NCBI GenBank assembly: GCA_964304625.1
Contig: OZ199840.1
Span: 655,284 to 719,283, forward strand
Direction: 5' to 3'
DNA: 64,000 bases
From: Kudoa neothunni
Lineage: Eukaryota > Animalia > Cnidaria
Every line of letters starts with the position of its first letter. Position 1 is the first letter of the stretch. The translations under genes and the position numbers were made by a program. The notes beneath the pieces are model-generated. The model did not search any database, had not been told where the DNA came from, and saw nothing but the letters and a program-made list of their open reading frames with translations. Of the stretch, positions 25,501 to 37,948 are shown piece by piece.

Positions 25501-28500
25501 AAAAAAAATCAAACAGAGATTAAGCGAGTAAATGGAGTCACATTATTGAACTCTAAAAATGTAATATTTCATTTGTAATAGAGTATTCATGTTTTAATTA
25601 GTTTTGAATTGGAACAATAAGTTATCAATTGACAAATTAAAAATCGATTATTTAGTAGGCTTAACAATAACAAAGAAGCAATTACATTTTATTAAGAAAT
25701 GTACAACCAAATAAATAGAAAACATTAATTTCTTTTTATAAAAACAATACGGTAATTATTCAAATGTTACGAGCGAAATCATGGAAGATATTAAATTCCT
25801 GTTTGAAATAGAACATTTATCTCACTAAATTGAGAATAATAAACTGAATGCTATAAAGAAACATCTTGGCCTTATATAGCTTACATTAATTTAGAGGCAC
25901 TTTTAAAACTATAAAAAATTACTTTAAATAACGGAAAAATTAACAAACACTACTAAAACAGTTGTCTAATAACGATAGTTATGGGTTGTATTCGAATTGG
26001 AATTGGAAAAACAGAGCCAGCTATTAACTCATAGAATTGATAATCTAAAAATTGGATAGACTATTGAATTATAGATAGTTTATAATTGCTAAGATATAAA
26101 ACATCTAATAGGGCGACTTTCCTCTATTCGATAACAATCCTCGTTGAACAAAGACAGTCTAATTCTTCTTAATTGGGTGGATACGAAAAACAATAGGAAC
26201 AATTTTGTTAATTACAACCATTAGAATATAAGAGAATTAAATTTATAATAAAAAAAATATTAAATTCTAAAAATACACTATATGGATATGAAAAATTGCG
26301 TCATTATTAAATTTATATGCATTCACTTATGAGTTAAATTTAGAATTTTGTATTCCAATTAAATTACTTTGAAAACTGCCGTGTTCTTGGATTAGCAAGG
26401 TCGGGCAATCTGTTTAACTAATCTTTATAGATGTGTGCGATGTGTAGACGCTATTTTGAATTCCCGCACAGAGACAATCACCACAAGACACTTTCACAAT
26501 ACCTAAATTATTAAATAGATTACACACAAAGCTACGAATTGTTAAATCTAAGTGTGCTCCTATTCAACTTGAACACTCCATCGAGTTAAAACACATAAAA
26601 ATTTAAATTACAATTAAAATTGTGGATAACCACCCAACTTTATAACTATTCAACTCACAATATTGATTGTGATGTTAATCCGGATAGTTGTTGGTTCTTG
26701 CTTTTTTCTCGATCAACAACAACAACAACAAATATTTTCAACCTCACAAACTACTTGCCTACTGTGTCAATCAATATTAACAAAAATCGTCAGCAGGCGA
26801 TTTATTTTTCCAGATAAGTTGGTATCAAATAATTAATTCTACGGTGGATAAACTCTTTCCAATGATGCAGGAGTAACGATTTAATAATTCATTGTGTTCT
26901 AAGTCCAATTAAGCCTGTTTCCCTAATGCCTACTGTAAATAAACTCAATATGAACACATTAGCATTGATTAACGCGTAAGCTCATTTAGAAACCCAATGA
27001 GAATTTTGTCTATAAATAATCAAAGTAGAAACTATTATCTATAGTGCAAAATGTTTCAATAGGGTTGGTCGTGTTTGTTTACAATGATGAAAGCTTCTGT
27101 CGGTAGGTACAACAACCACAATTGTCAGTGGGATTATTTGATAACATTACAGAAGTGATCGTACTTTACACCCTCAATCTCAACAACCACCCTATCACAA
27201 CTATTCTTTGTGGCCGGCTGCAGCGGTGAATCCATTGGGTCAACCAACTCAATTGGTGAGGTCTCATGTTGGTCGCATTTTTATTCAGATAATTTTACCG
27301 TCATTATCTTGGATACAATTAATTTTAATCTTATTCGCTCTACTGCCAACAATCACCCATAATCACATTACAATCACTATATTTAACGTGCATTGTTTCC
27401 GCAATAATCCTATATCATTTAACACACAATATCAATTGTTTAGGTTATCATCGATTTAATTAACATTAATGTAATTCGAATTGTTTATTCATCTTTTTGA
27501 GGTATCCATGACAATATACCTCACTGTTTTATACCAATAAATCGTTACTCACAATTTTCCCATTGTACTTAGGAATTAGGCAAATATCCTCTGTTGATGG
27601 AAAATTGTATCGCAATGAAAACATCTTTATTCGTCAGTGTTGAGCGGCACACACACACAAAGCCCATATCATAAATTAGGTTTAAATGAATTCAATCAGT
27701 CATCATTAGAAACTTTTAAAGTTCAAAATTATGTTTGGATAAATCTAATTCCTTTGTTCCATTGGTGATAACTTATATTCAATATAAAGATGATTATTTA
27801 TTTCGGCAGATTTCACCATGATTCGGCCATACAGTTTGTGTTACTGCGCGCTTGAATTCCTAATCAATATTTCCCCTAAGTGATTTATTGCTTAACAATT
27901 TATTTATAATGTGAACAAGTGTGTAGTTGATTTTATTGCCTCGAATGATTATCACTGGATTTACAAATGTTATTATTATGAGGAAGTTCAAATTTTCGTT
28001 AGTTTTTTGGGGTCTTCTGTGAGATTACGATGCATTATTAAGACTGCGGTACGTTTCTCAGAGAGTATTCTGATTAGATGCGAGGTGTGACTTGCATCGG
28101 ATTGCAGCTTACCTTTGTATTGATTGAGTCACTAGGCAGGTTTATTAATCTGGTGTTTTGTTCGCATATTCATTCAGCCAGTATTCGTTATGTAAATTGG
28201 GGTGGAAGTATATTTTTTATAAATGACTCCAAAGACATGCTTCATGTGAAATAAATTTTGAAAAAGTCATTCATGTTTGTCAGCCGAGAAGCTTACGATT
28301 GTTGATTTCGGATGTTTGATATATTTTATTTCGCTGTTTATATTTTTAAAATTAAATGTATCTAACAATCTAATTTTAAAAAATAATCATGCCAAAAATC
28401 TTTGGTATGAAAAAGGTGAATCGGAGGGGTGGCTGAGTACTCCAGATACCCAACCAATGAAATTTCCTATTAATTTTTTTACTTAAGAAAAGTTTTTCCG

Positions 28501-31500
28501 TTTCAAAATGGCTAAATTGGTTGTATTAATTGAAACATTTTAGTTTTCATTTAGTATTTTAATAAGAATAAAAAATATAATTTTAGGCATATTTATTTTA
28601 CAATTTTAATTTCTAGATTATATATTTACCATTATTTCTTCTAGGTTTTTAAATGGACGAAAAAATAATATTCTAAGGTTTGAATGTTATTTTACTTGTA
28701 TTACTCGTATAATTGATTTAAAATCGATTTGTATTGTTTGATTTTTTTATAAAAATTTATTATTTGTGTAAATTATTTAGAACAACTGTTTTCATGGTGA
28801 TTCAGCTGATTTTTTTGAAACCTTAATATTTATAAGGTAATTTAAATCTAAAAGTTCTCAAAAAATGAAGTGTAAAATTTTTAACTTTATATAACCTCCA
28901 ACTAATATGTGTATACGTATAGACTACAAATGAAAAAATTTAGCCCCATTCGTAATGTAAAAAAATTATCAATGTCTCTTGTACAGAATAACCTAATTTG
29001 GATTAAAGAAATATTACCCAATTTAATGGTTACTCTATTCTAGGCGTGTATCTCATGATCTTATGAATACATGCAATACATATTTGTTGCTAGAATAATT
29101 ATATTTAATTAAGTGGAAAAACAAATTATACTAAGCATAACAAGACGCGGCTTTTAGTTAACCAAACAGGTTCGCCTCAATTTTGATCAGGAGCACTAAA
29201 TTCTACAGTAGTTAAATTTTGAATGGAATTTTTTATCATAATAAATTTTTATTTTTAAAAGGCGCTGGTTATAGACACAGAAAGTTTTTAATCCAAAATG
29301 GCAACTACCTTTGCACATTTTCTATTTTTAATCCCGTTAGCTCCTATGTATAGTTGAGTTGATCTTTAAAGTTGTTTTTTTGGAATCTGCTGTATTTTGT
29401 TATTTTTGGCTTATGGCTATCGCTACTAAGGCAAAAAATAATTAAATACGGTCAAAACTATATCTACGTGGATATTATGATACGTGTCAATACCCACTTA
29501 CTTTTTAAAATATGCTTAATGAAAAATTTAATATTTCGAAAGGATTGAAACGGTACCACACTTACACTTATTAAAGTCTTTCCATATTCGCGCTATGTTG
29601 TCTAACAATTTAATTGCAGATCACATGATATTAAAGCATAAAAATTAAGAAATAAATAAAAACTCTATAATTAAATTCTTATTATTTTCCAGTAGATAAT
29701 TAACTTGATAATAGATATAAAGTAAAAGCATTTATTTATTAATTATTTAATTAATGTGGTTCGTTTAATAACTTTATATAAATTAGATTAACTGAAAATA
29801 TTTGTAAGAATTATTCTACGAAATTTTTATAAATTAGTCCATACACATATTTTAAATATATATGAAAGAAATAATATTATGCTATGCACTCGAATAACAC
29901 AACTTAAATGAATTAAATGAAGCTTGGTGTTGGAACGATTAAAATTTTTTAAAATGTACGCACAATCATCCAAACGCGAATTTTATTTTCGTGATAATTA
30001 GATTTTTCAGCTGAATTAAAAATAAAAAACATTAATGTCTTCCCCTCGTGCAATAATAATAATAATAATAACAATTAGAACAGTTTTTATGCTTTGATTT
30101 ACATAAATAAGGTTTGGCTGAACTATTAATACAAATTAATTCAGGTATTCTTCGAATCTTACTAACTACGACTAAGCTAAGCTAAGCTATGCTATAATAT
30201 AATAATTTATCAATCCCAAATAATACGTGAAAATAACTTTAGTTGATATCGTTGAACTTTGAAATGACGACACTTATGAAGGTAAAATATTTTAGCTCCA
30301 TTTAATGAGAATTATGTAAAAAAGTTACTTTGAATATTCTTTTACCGGATTCTTCTTGGAGGAGCGATTTCACTTGTCCAAACAGATTTAATACGCTTGG
30401 TTCTGCTTTCTTTGAGATTTTTTCTGAACAATACTGATGTGGAAACCCATTTAGCATTTGGGTTTTCATGCCAGCCAACAAATAGCCACGCTCACCGCCA
30501 AAGATAACACCAAGACTCTGTTGGCAACGTATTTTCTTAACCGTTGACAATAGAATTATTTTTAATTGTTTAGTATCTGCGCTCTCCCTCTTTAAATAAG
30601 TGACGCAAATGGATTGACTCAACAGGCGATTCTTTACTATTCAATGCTGTAATTTTCAAAAATCGTTACCATATGGATATCACATGCTAAGGAAAAGGTG
30701 GTGGCATTATCGTGGCTTCTTTTTAGGTTCGGAATTACTGTTATCGCAATGTTTAACACCTTTTATATTGTTTTTTTCACCACGACACTAAGTTACATTT
30801 TTCGTCAAGCAATAATTAAACTAATTCTTTGCTGAATACATGAATAGAGGAGAAAATAAGTTATAACATGGATTTATGTCACAGATTTTATTCAAAAAAC
30901 GCTAAAGTTAATTTTTCCGCAAGTAATTAGAATTCACTATGTACCATGCTGACTCTAGAAAAATTGGTCTATACATATTCAAATAATCGATGTTGTTTTT
31001 GAATATTTTTGCATCAAATATTTATTTTTTTTATATTTCAGTTTTATCAATAAAACTTTATAAATGTAATTGGTTATCTGCGCGGTAAATAATATTCGGG
31101 TGTCTTTAGTTTTGATTATATTTAATGATTTCATTCCCACCATCCGCTCTCAAGATTCGGAAATAATAAAAAATAACAAATTATAAAGAATTAAATCTTT
31201 ATACACCTTGTGAGTAAGAGAAAGTATTCTTGATATTAAAAATTCCCAACGCTCTTGCGCGAGCTTAAATTATAATTACAATTTAGCAGGCGAATAGCCC
31301 CCACTTTCGTGAATTTAACATTTAACTTAAAAATAAATAAAAAACAATTTAGAAAATACAATAAATTTAAAATTTAAAAAGATACAAATTGTTTTGCAAC
31401 TTAATTCGAGTATTTGCAGCGACGTAATTTTTCACGAAGTTGTCCGTTAAAATTCGAATTGTAATCCCATTCTTAATTTTTTAAATTAAGATAGATTTAG

Positions 31501-32052
31501 AATCCATATGAATTTAGAAACCCGATGTTATCAAGATATTAGAATAGTTGGAAATACCAACCGCACATCGATTCGTTAGTCTTTACGTTTAATTGGCATT
31601 ACGCGGATTAAGTTGACATAGTTCAAATATTTAAGGTGGTTATTTAAAATTTAGATCTTTTTGTTTCTAATAAAAAATTAATGATATTCGAAACTTTAGT
31701 CGAAATAATTATTTGGAAATTGAAAGTTTAATTTTTAGTGTTTTCTAAATTCATCCACTTCTCATGGGACAGTAGATTATAGGGTGTAAACGTAAGGGCG
31801 TAAATTTATCCGCAGTCTCAACTCCATTAATCTTCTTGGAACCTAGTGGCATCCAAACAAAAGCTTTTGAGTTGTGTTGCTAAATTGATTGAACCTGTTG
31901 TCGACACTTCGCAACAAAGGACGCCTAACTATATCACCTACATGAGATAAAGCTTGAAATTTTAGTGGTGAGGGGTTGACTAGAAATTTTACACGTTATA
32001 TCCCAAAATCATCGGCAATCATTCACCATCAGAAAAATACCACTAAGCTGCG

Positions 32053-33506
32053 ATGAGTAATACGATTGAGATGCCTGAGTAATTATGGAGCCTGTCGGAA
32101 ATATTTTGAAAACTAAACCCTACTATAGACTGTACAGGAATGATATTAGGCAGGTGATGATCAAAAAAAACTGCGGAATCAGCAATAGGATTGAGCATTG
32201 GTGGTGGAGCACCATATTGCCCGTGTATTTATGTGGCAAATGTGACCAAAGGCAAACCTGCGTTCAACGAGGGAACTATCGAGCCAGGAGACGAGATATT
32301 AGCGATCAACTCGTTGAGCACTCTAGGTTTAACGAAAACCGATGTGGCACAACTTATTCGCAAATGTGGTGTACTACTTCATTTCGGTATTCACGCCCCT
32401 TCTATACATAATTAATCTAGGAAACGGTCAAGCTAAAAATCGCAAAACTTGAGGATAGCGTTGTTGAGGATTATTGTCCAATTATAGGTAGTAAAGAATA
32501 AGTTTGTACCGAAACAACATTTAAATATTTCAAATGAATAGCCTTCAAGAAACTAAAACATTGGATTGTTGAAAATATTAGTGAAGATTCTGCTGACTTT
32601 CTAGGATTGAGTAGAGCTATTCTTTCTGGCGGTAGTTGGAAATATTTGTGGCAATTTCTAATATTTAAAAAGATAAACTAAAGTTGAGAATTGAAAACCT
32701 TTACACCACCACCAAATCTATCAAAGCATTCCAGAAAAATTTCATGTTGTATGTTGGTCAACTGAAGAAAATGGTCAGCATTCAAAAAGGTACCCATACG
32801 TCGTGAAAAATACAAATTCAAATGTGTTTGAATTAGAAATGTCTATAATGTACGCAGAAATGGGATGCCATGATAGCATTGATTCAGCTAGGGCAATCTA
32901 TCGTGAGTTTGCTGAATCCCATTCCTCGCTTGCCAAACGCGGAGAAAAGCTTATCGAAAGAATACAATTCCTGTACAAACCCCTTACAACTTTCCTCACA
33001 CGAGTCGTCCCTGATACTAAAATTAGCCTTCAAAAATATTTGTCGGTAAAATTTGAGTATTTATCATACTGTTTGCAGGTAGTTTGGAGTTGTTATTGTG
33101 AAATACAGGCTTCATTTCATCACTCAACTTTTTAGGCCAAAGAAATGGAAGATGAAGATTGTTCTCTACAAAGTGATTTCGACACCACCTTTAGAATGGA
33201 AAACGGCAACTTTGAATACAGAGCTGTGCTGAAAAAATGTTTACTAACCAAAAGATTATTTAATCAACAAAGAGCCACTATTCTTTCAAAACTAGAACTA
33301 TTAGATCATAAATTTGGTATCATTGTTCGGTTTTGTTATTTAAAAATAATGCAGCCTAATTAGTTCAAGATTTTATGGCCTTTATCAAAAAATGGAATGT
33401 CAATATGGAGGATTATTTCAAAGCTTGCACTGAAATACTGAAAAATAGACCAAATTCAAACGTCTACGACCCTACCGACTCTATTCCTCTTTACACTGAC
33501 CAATGA
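32053..33506 (+). CDS. PICK1: PICK1 (PDZ + BAR/arfaptin-homology domain), multi-exon
   Basis: PDZ segment IGLSIGGGAPYCPCIYV..GTIEPGDEILAIN..TKTDVAQLI. Linker KLKHWIVENISEDSADFLGLSRAIL. BAR segment LTTFLTRVVPDTKISLQKYLSVKFEYLSYCL, ENGNFEYR, KLELLDHK. Stop TGA at 33504-33506. Confidence 0.92.
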
Positions 33507-35901
33507 GATTTATTTTTCTCTCTCGTTATATTCTCAACTTTTTCTAATTCCGATTTATCAGCTATATTCTGTCGAATGGATTCAAAAATCGTTTTATTCA
33601 TTCTTTCTCCAAACAAGGATTGTCACCATTTCAGATGATTAAATATTAAATTCTATTCTAACTAAAAAATACTGTTTATTAAATGTTTTAATGTTTCTTT
33701 TCTCAAATAAAAATATGTCTATATAAACTTTATTATAGTGGGGGTTGTTTAAACAATGGTGCCTATGACCGCAATGAAATTAATGAGGAGGTCTTTTGTT
33801 TGAAATATTATTAAAATTTCTACTTCTTTTTCGTTTTATTGATATTATAACTGCGATATATTATCTGAATAAAGTGTGTTAATAATCAAGATATTTTACG
33901 CAGAAAAACACCCCCATTGCTTAAATCAAAAAATGGCTCCCTTTACTAATGAGTTGTTACACATTTTCACAAAAATTATGAAAATTCACGTCTTAATCTT
34001 AATTATCCGATGAATCGTCATCAGAAAATTACACTAAACTATATTTTACAAAAAATCTGTGATATTATTTCCCACAATAACTATCAAAATACGATAACAC
34101 ATTGATAGTTAACTAATCAGAAAAACACGTGAGATCGTAAAATCGTGTATTATCTATTATCACTTGACTTGGCTAAGTGAATAATGTCCCAACGGGAGAA
34201 AAAAGTAAATAATACCCCCAAAGAAACCATTTGAGCGACTTTATTAACAATACATCTTCACGATTCTTTTCAATAAAATAAATAAATCTGACGTGCAAAA
34301 ATACAGCCTCAATAAATAACCTTTAAATTTTAATCAAATTGCATATCGGGACAAATCGTTCCCGCGTGTAATCTCTCGTCGCTGTAGAAAACCTTGCGAA
34401 TTCTTTTATTTTTCAAATATTTTTGACACAGTCGCTACTTTAATATATTTAAATTATTTTTAAATATAAATATTTGGTCAGAGAAGAAGTTCAAGTGCTC
34501 TAAATAACGATGCTGTATTTTTACAAATTGAATAAATTGATTTATTCATAGCACAATGAAGCATACAGGAATACGACTACTCTATATTATGTAAAAATAC
34601 AATTTTTAGTTTATAAATTTTTTTTTCTATTTATATTAAATGGAAAAAATGTCTATAGCTGATTTTGTTTGATAGTTAGAACATAACAAATTTTAATATT
34701 ATTTAATTTTCCAATTTAGCGTTTAATTTGTGTATAATTTACAAAAAACAATTAACTATTATTTATGTCGCCAAATAATAAAAAAGGTATAAGAATTATT
34801 CAAATAAAAGTTGACGATTTTTAGTCTTTAATAGAAAAATAAGTTAAGCACATAATTATTTGATGTAAGTAAATTATGGATCCAATACCTGAGTAAATGT
34901 AATAATATATAACGCTAAAATAAACATTTTTTAAGTGCTGGGGATAACTAAAATTAACAAAATATTATATACAATAGAAGATAGAATTATACAAGTATTC
35001 AAAGTGCCGCCAATAAACTACAGACGGTAATCAATTTTGCACATCCTTTAAAGTTATTTAATTATAATTTAAATGTTTATAATAAACAAATATGTTGAAC
35101 TTAAAGTTAATGTTAGCTCAAATAATTGACAGTAAATGATGCAAAATACATACCCAAAAATCACGTGACTCGCAGATTTTGCACATTTTTGGGCTTCCTG
35201 TTTATTGATGTACAATTATTCCAGGAAAAATTAAAAATATGTCGATAAGCTTAGGCAAAAACATCAGGAAATTAAAAGAAAAATACAAAATTATAATTAC
35301 TTGGATAATGTGCAATTAAATAACCCTAAGTAGTATTATCCGCAATAAACGTATTTTCTCAAAATTTTTAAAACTTTTAGATCCTCTTTGATTATTTTTA
35401 GAATTGAAAATTTATATATAGGTTATAATGGGTCCAAATATAACATAATCCAAAATAATTGATTTTTCCTCAAAAATTGAAACTAAGTTTTCGCTTAGTT
35501 TTTTTGCACTATATAATTTTTATTCATGCGTATAATGTCAATGAAGGGGTCGCTATTTTTCAATTTTTTTTATTCAATTAATTCGAATCTTTTCGAAATC
35601 TCTGTAATAATGAATTTAAGAGAAATGTTCTATCCATAACACCCGTTTTCTGTGATAATTTTTAAAAGAGATTATATGTATGATATATTTTCTAAGATAA
35701 TACACAAGCATTTAATTATTTATTTATAAAAACCTCTGATTTTTTAATATTTTTAAATAAAGTTCTGAAGATATTGCGTTGAAAACATCAGCAAATATGA
35801 TTAATCCTTAAATAATTAATATATGATTACTGGAATAGTTTTTGTCCAATTATGTTGAAATAAATTTTTCGAATATAGAATATGAATTTATAATAATCTA
35901 A

Positions 35902-36484
35902 TTAAAATAAAGATATATTGTTTTTAAAATGTATTATAATAAATCTTTTTATTGGCCTATGATTAATCGGTGCGATGCTTCTATCTGGTGTCTCTTCAAA
36001 TCTTAGAATGATACCTATTTTTATGTTAATAAAAATTATTTTTGGTCTCCCACAATCTTCTTCTGCAGTATTTGTATCAATAATATTCTTGAAATACCCC
36101 CTTTGAGTGTTTGACGTTAATATAATCATTGCCAAGGTCACCTACACCATTATAGGCGGGTCACTCATCATTAAATATGGTTGACCCTTTTTTGATTTCT
36201 CTCAATCTAGAAAAAGGCATCGTCAAATTCCGCTTTTCGACATAGAAGTGCCTCATTTCTATTATAGTCATTTATTTCATCATATCGTCAAGTTTACAGT
36301 GAGCCATTACAAAAATACAGGGAAAGTCAATCCCTCCATCATACTTTCCTCTTCTTAGTACAATATCTATTTGCATTATTTTATAAAGTAGTGATATAAA
36401 AAATGTCGAATAATTCGTCAAAAAATCAACTTCTGGTGAAAAATAATCGCTACCACTTTCATCGTCAACATCAATTAAATACAA
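35902..36484 (-). CDS. Hypothetical/orphan coding fragments (possibly a pseudogene)
   Basis: Two adjacent protein-like ORFs (36272-36484 and 35902-36141) with no recognisable motif. Confidence 0.25.
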
Positions 36485-36589
36485 GAAATATGTTACCTAA
36501 TCAACTAGGTAAAGTAGGGCTTTAATACATAACTCTAAAAATTCCTTATTTGGATTAGAGAGGTTTTCCATGTTTCCTTTAAGACAGTG

Positions 36590-37087
36590 ATAGAGCGTGG
36601 ACAATATGACATAATGGTGTTAGGTCGAGATTTCATTCATTGAGGTTGCGAGTTCGTTGCCTAGTCCGGGAATTCCTGTACTCCTAATCCGAAATTAAGT
36701 AAGAAGGTTGTGGTAATCGCCAGGTTCTACGATTTATCGTGGCCTTTCTTGTACTTGGGAGGGGAGCCTGGCGGAAGGATAGATCTAGGGCGCTCATAAA
36801 CTCATAAACGAAATAAAATCCAGTAGGGGGTTTCCGTAGAGCCGGCACCCGCATTCAGACAACTTTCCCAGACTAATTCCGGGTTAGTCCAGGGTATGGT
36901 TGGGGTTGTGGTTGCTCCAAAATGATAATGTTTAGTGTGTTAAAACCCCACACTACGCATAAACGTAAGTCGCCTTATTAACACGACGCTGCGGTGCCCA
37001 AAACGTAAATGGAGAAGGCTTAACCAGCCCGAAGTTCACAACCTAACAAGTTGCACCAGGGGTTTGATCTTGTAAACAAAAAAAAAT
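36590..37087 (+). mobile_element. tRNA-derived SINE-like element, copy 2
   Basis: Degenerate B-box gaggttgcgagttcg. Colinear with 5090-5505 (taatccgaaattaagta, tccagtagggg, actttcccagactaatt, gtaaatggagaaggc, acaacctaacaagttgc). A-tail. Confidence 0.8.
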
Positions 37088-37948
37088 TTAAGATAGCGGC
37101 CACGATTATTTTTACTTTTTCACTTTTTCAATAGGGAAGACATTTATCAATTCATATGATGAAAAATGCTCGACTATGTTAATTCATTTATCGGACTTTT
37201 TTGAAGCATATTGAAACTGTTGGCATACTTAACTTTTCGTTTAAATGGTTTTATCCATGGAAAATCGATACGATATTCCTAAAAAATTTTAAGTATTAAA
37301 TTTTGAGATGGACCATGTATAAAGGCTTTGGAAAAAAGGTTCCATTGTTGAGAAAAAATTAGTTTTACACCTATTGTATCTAAATGATGCAGTAATTTAA
37401 AGTAATATTCTAGTTTTTACGTAAATATGTGAAAGAATAATCCACATAGTTTCTGCCATACAGAATGATCAGTTATCGACATGGTAACATTTAATTTTCC
37501 CATTGTTAAGATGGAGCAATTGAAATTTCTGCAATAACCGAAGCTATTTGAAGGTTTGCTTAGATAATCCCTGGCAATAGGCGCACAAAAAAACTTCCAT
37601 AATCAGTAGTAAGCATAAAAACATCGTCTTCTTCAAAAATCAAAAACTCCATTTTTTGCCTAGCGCGTGCTAAAAAACAAGGCAATATTGAATCTAATTA
37701 TTTCTTAATGGAAAAAATAATTAGTGATTTGAAACGACGAATGCGTCAAAATGTATTAAAAATTTGGGAGTGATTTATTAAGCTTAATTAACGAATTCAT
37801 TATTTATATATATTTTATTTAAAAGAAATATGGAAAAATTTGCAAAAGGAGATTTTATGCTTGCCACAATCTTTATAATTATCAGAATAAAAAAAATTAG
37901 CAACCAAAACTTTTTTTCAATAAATGATGTCAAATTGGTAAATAATGA

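Noticed and set aside
30302-30800. 106-aa ORF as a host gene
   Set aside because: No motif or splice structure; it looks like decayed transposon sequence, but the family could not be assigned.
31750-32035. Small spliced minus-strand gene head-to-head with PICK1 (possible UGA-containing peptide or ADDFG motif)
   Set aside because: Intron-like segments exist, but every frame I tried contains stops and none matches a known family.
36715-36800. HDV-like or hammerhead ribozyme in the SINE body (gccaggt/gcctggc stem followed by GG; ctcataa...gaaa)
   Set aside because: No proper P3/L3 or J4/2 for an HDV fold, the CUGAUGA core is mismatched, and the pairing is poorly kept in copy 1.
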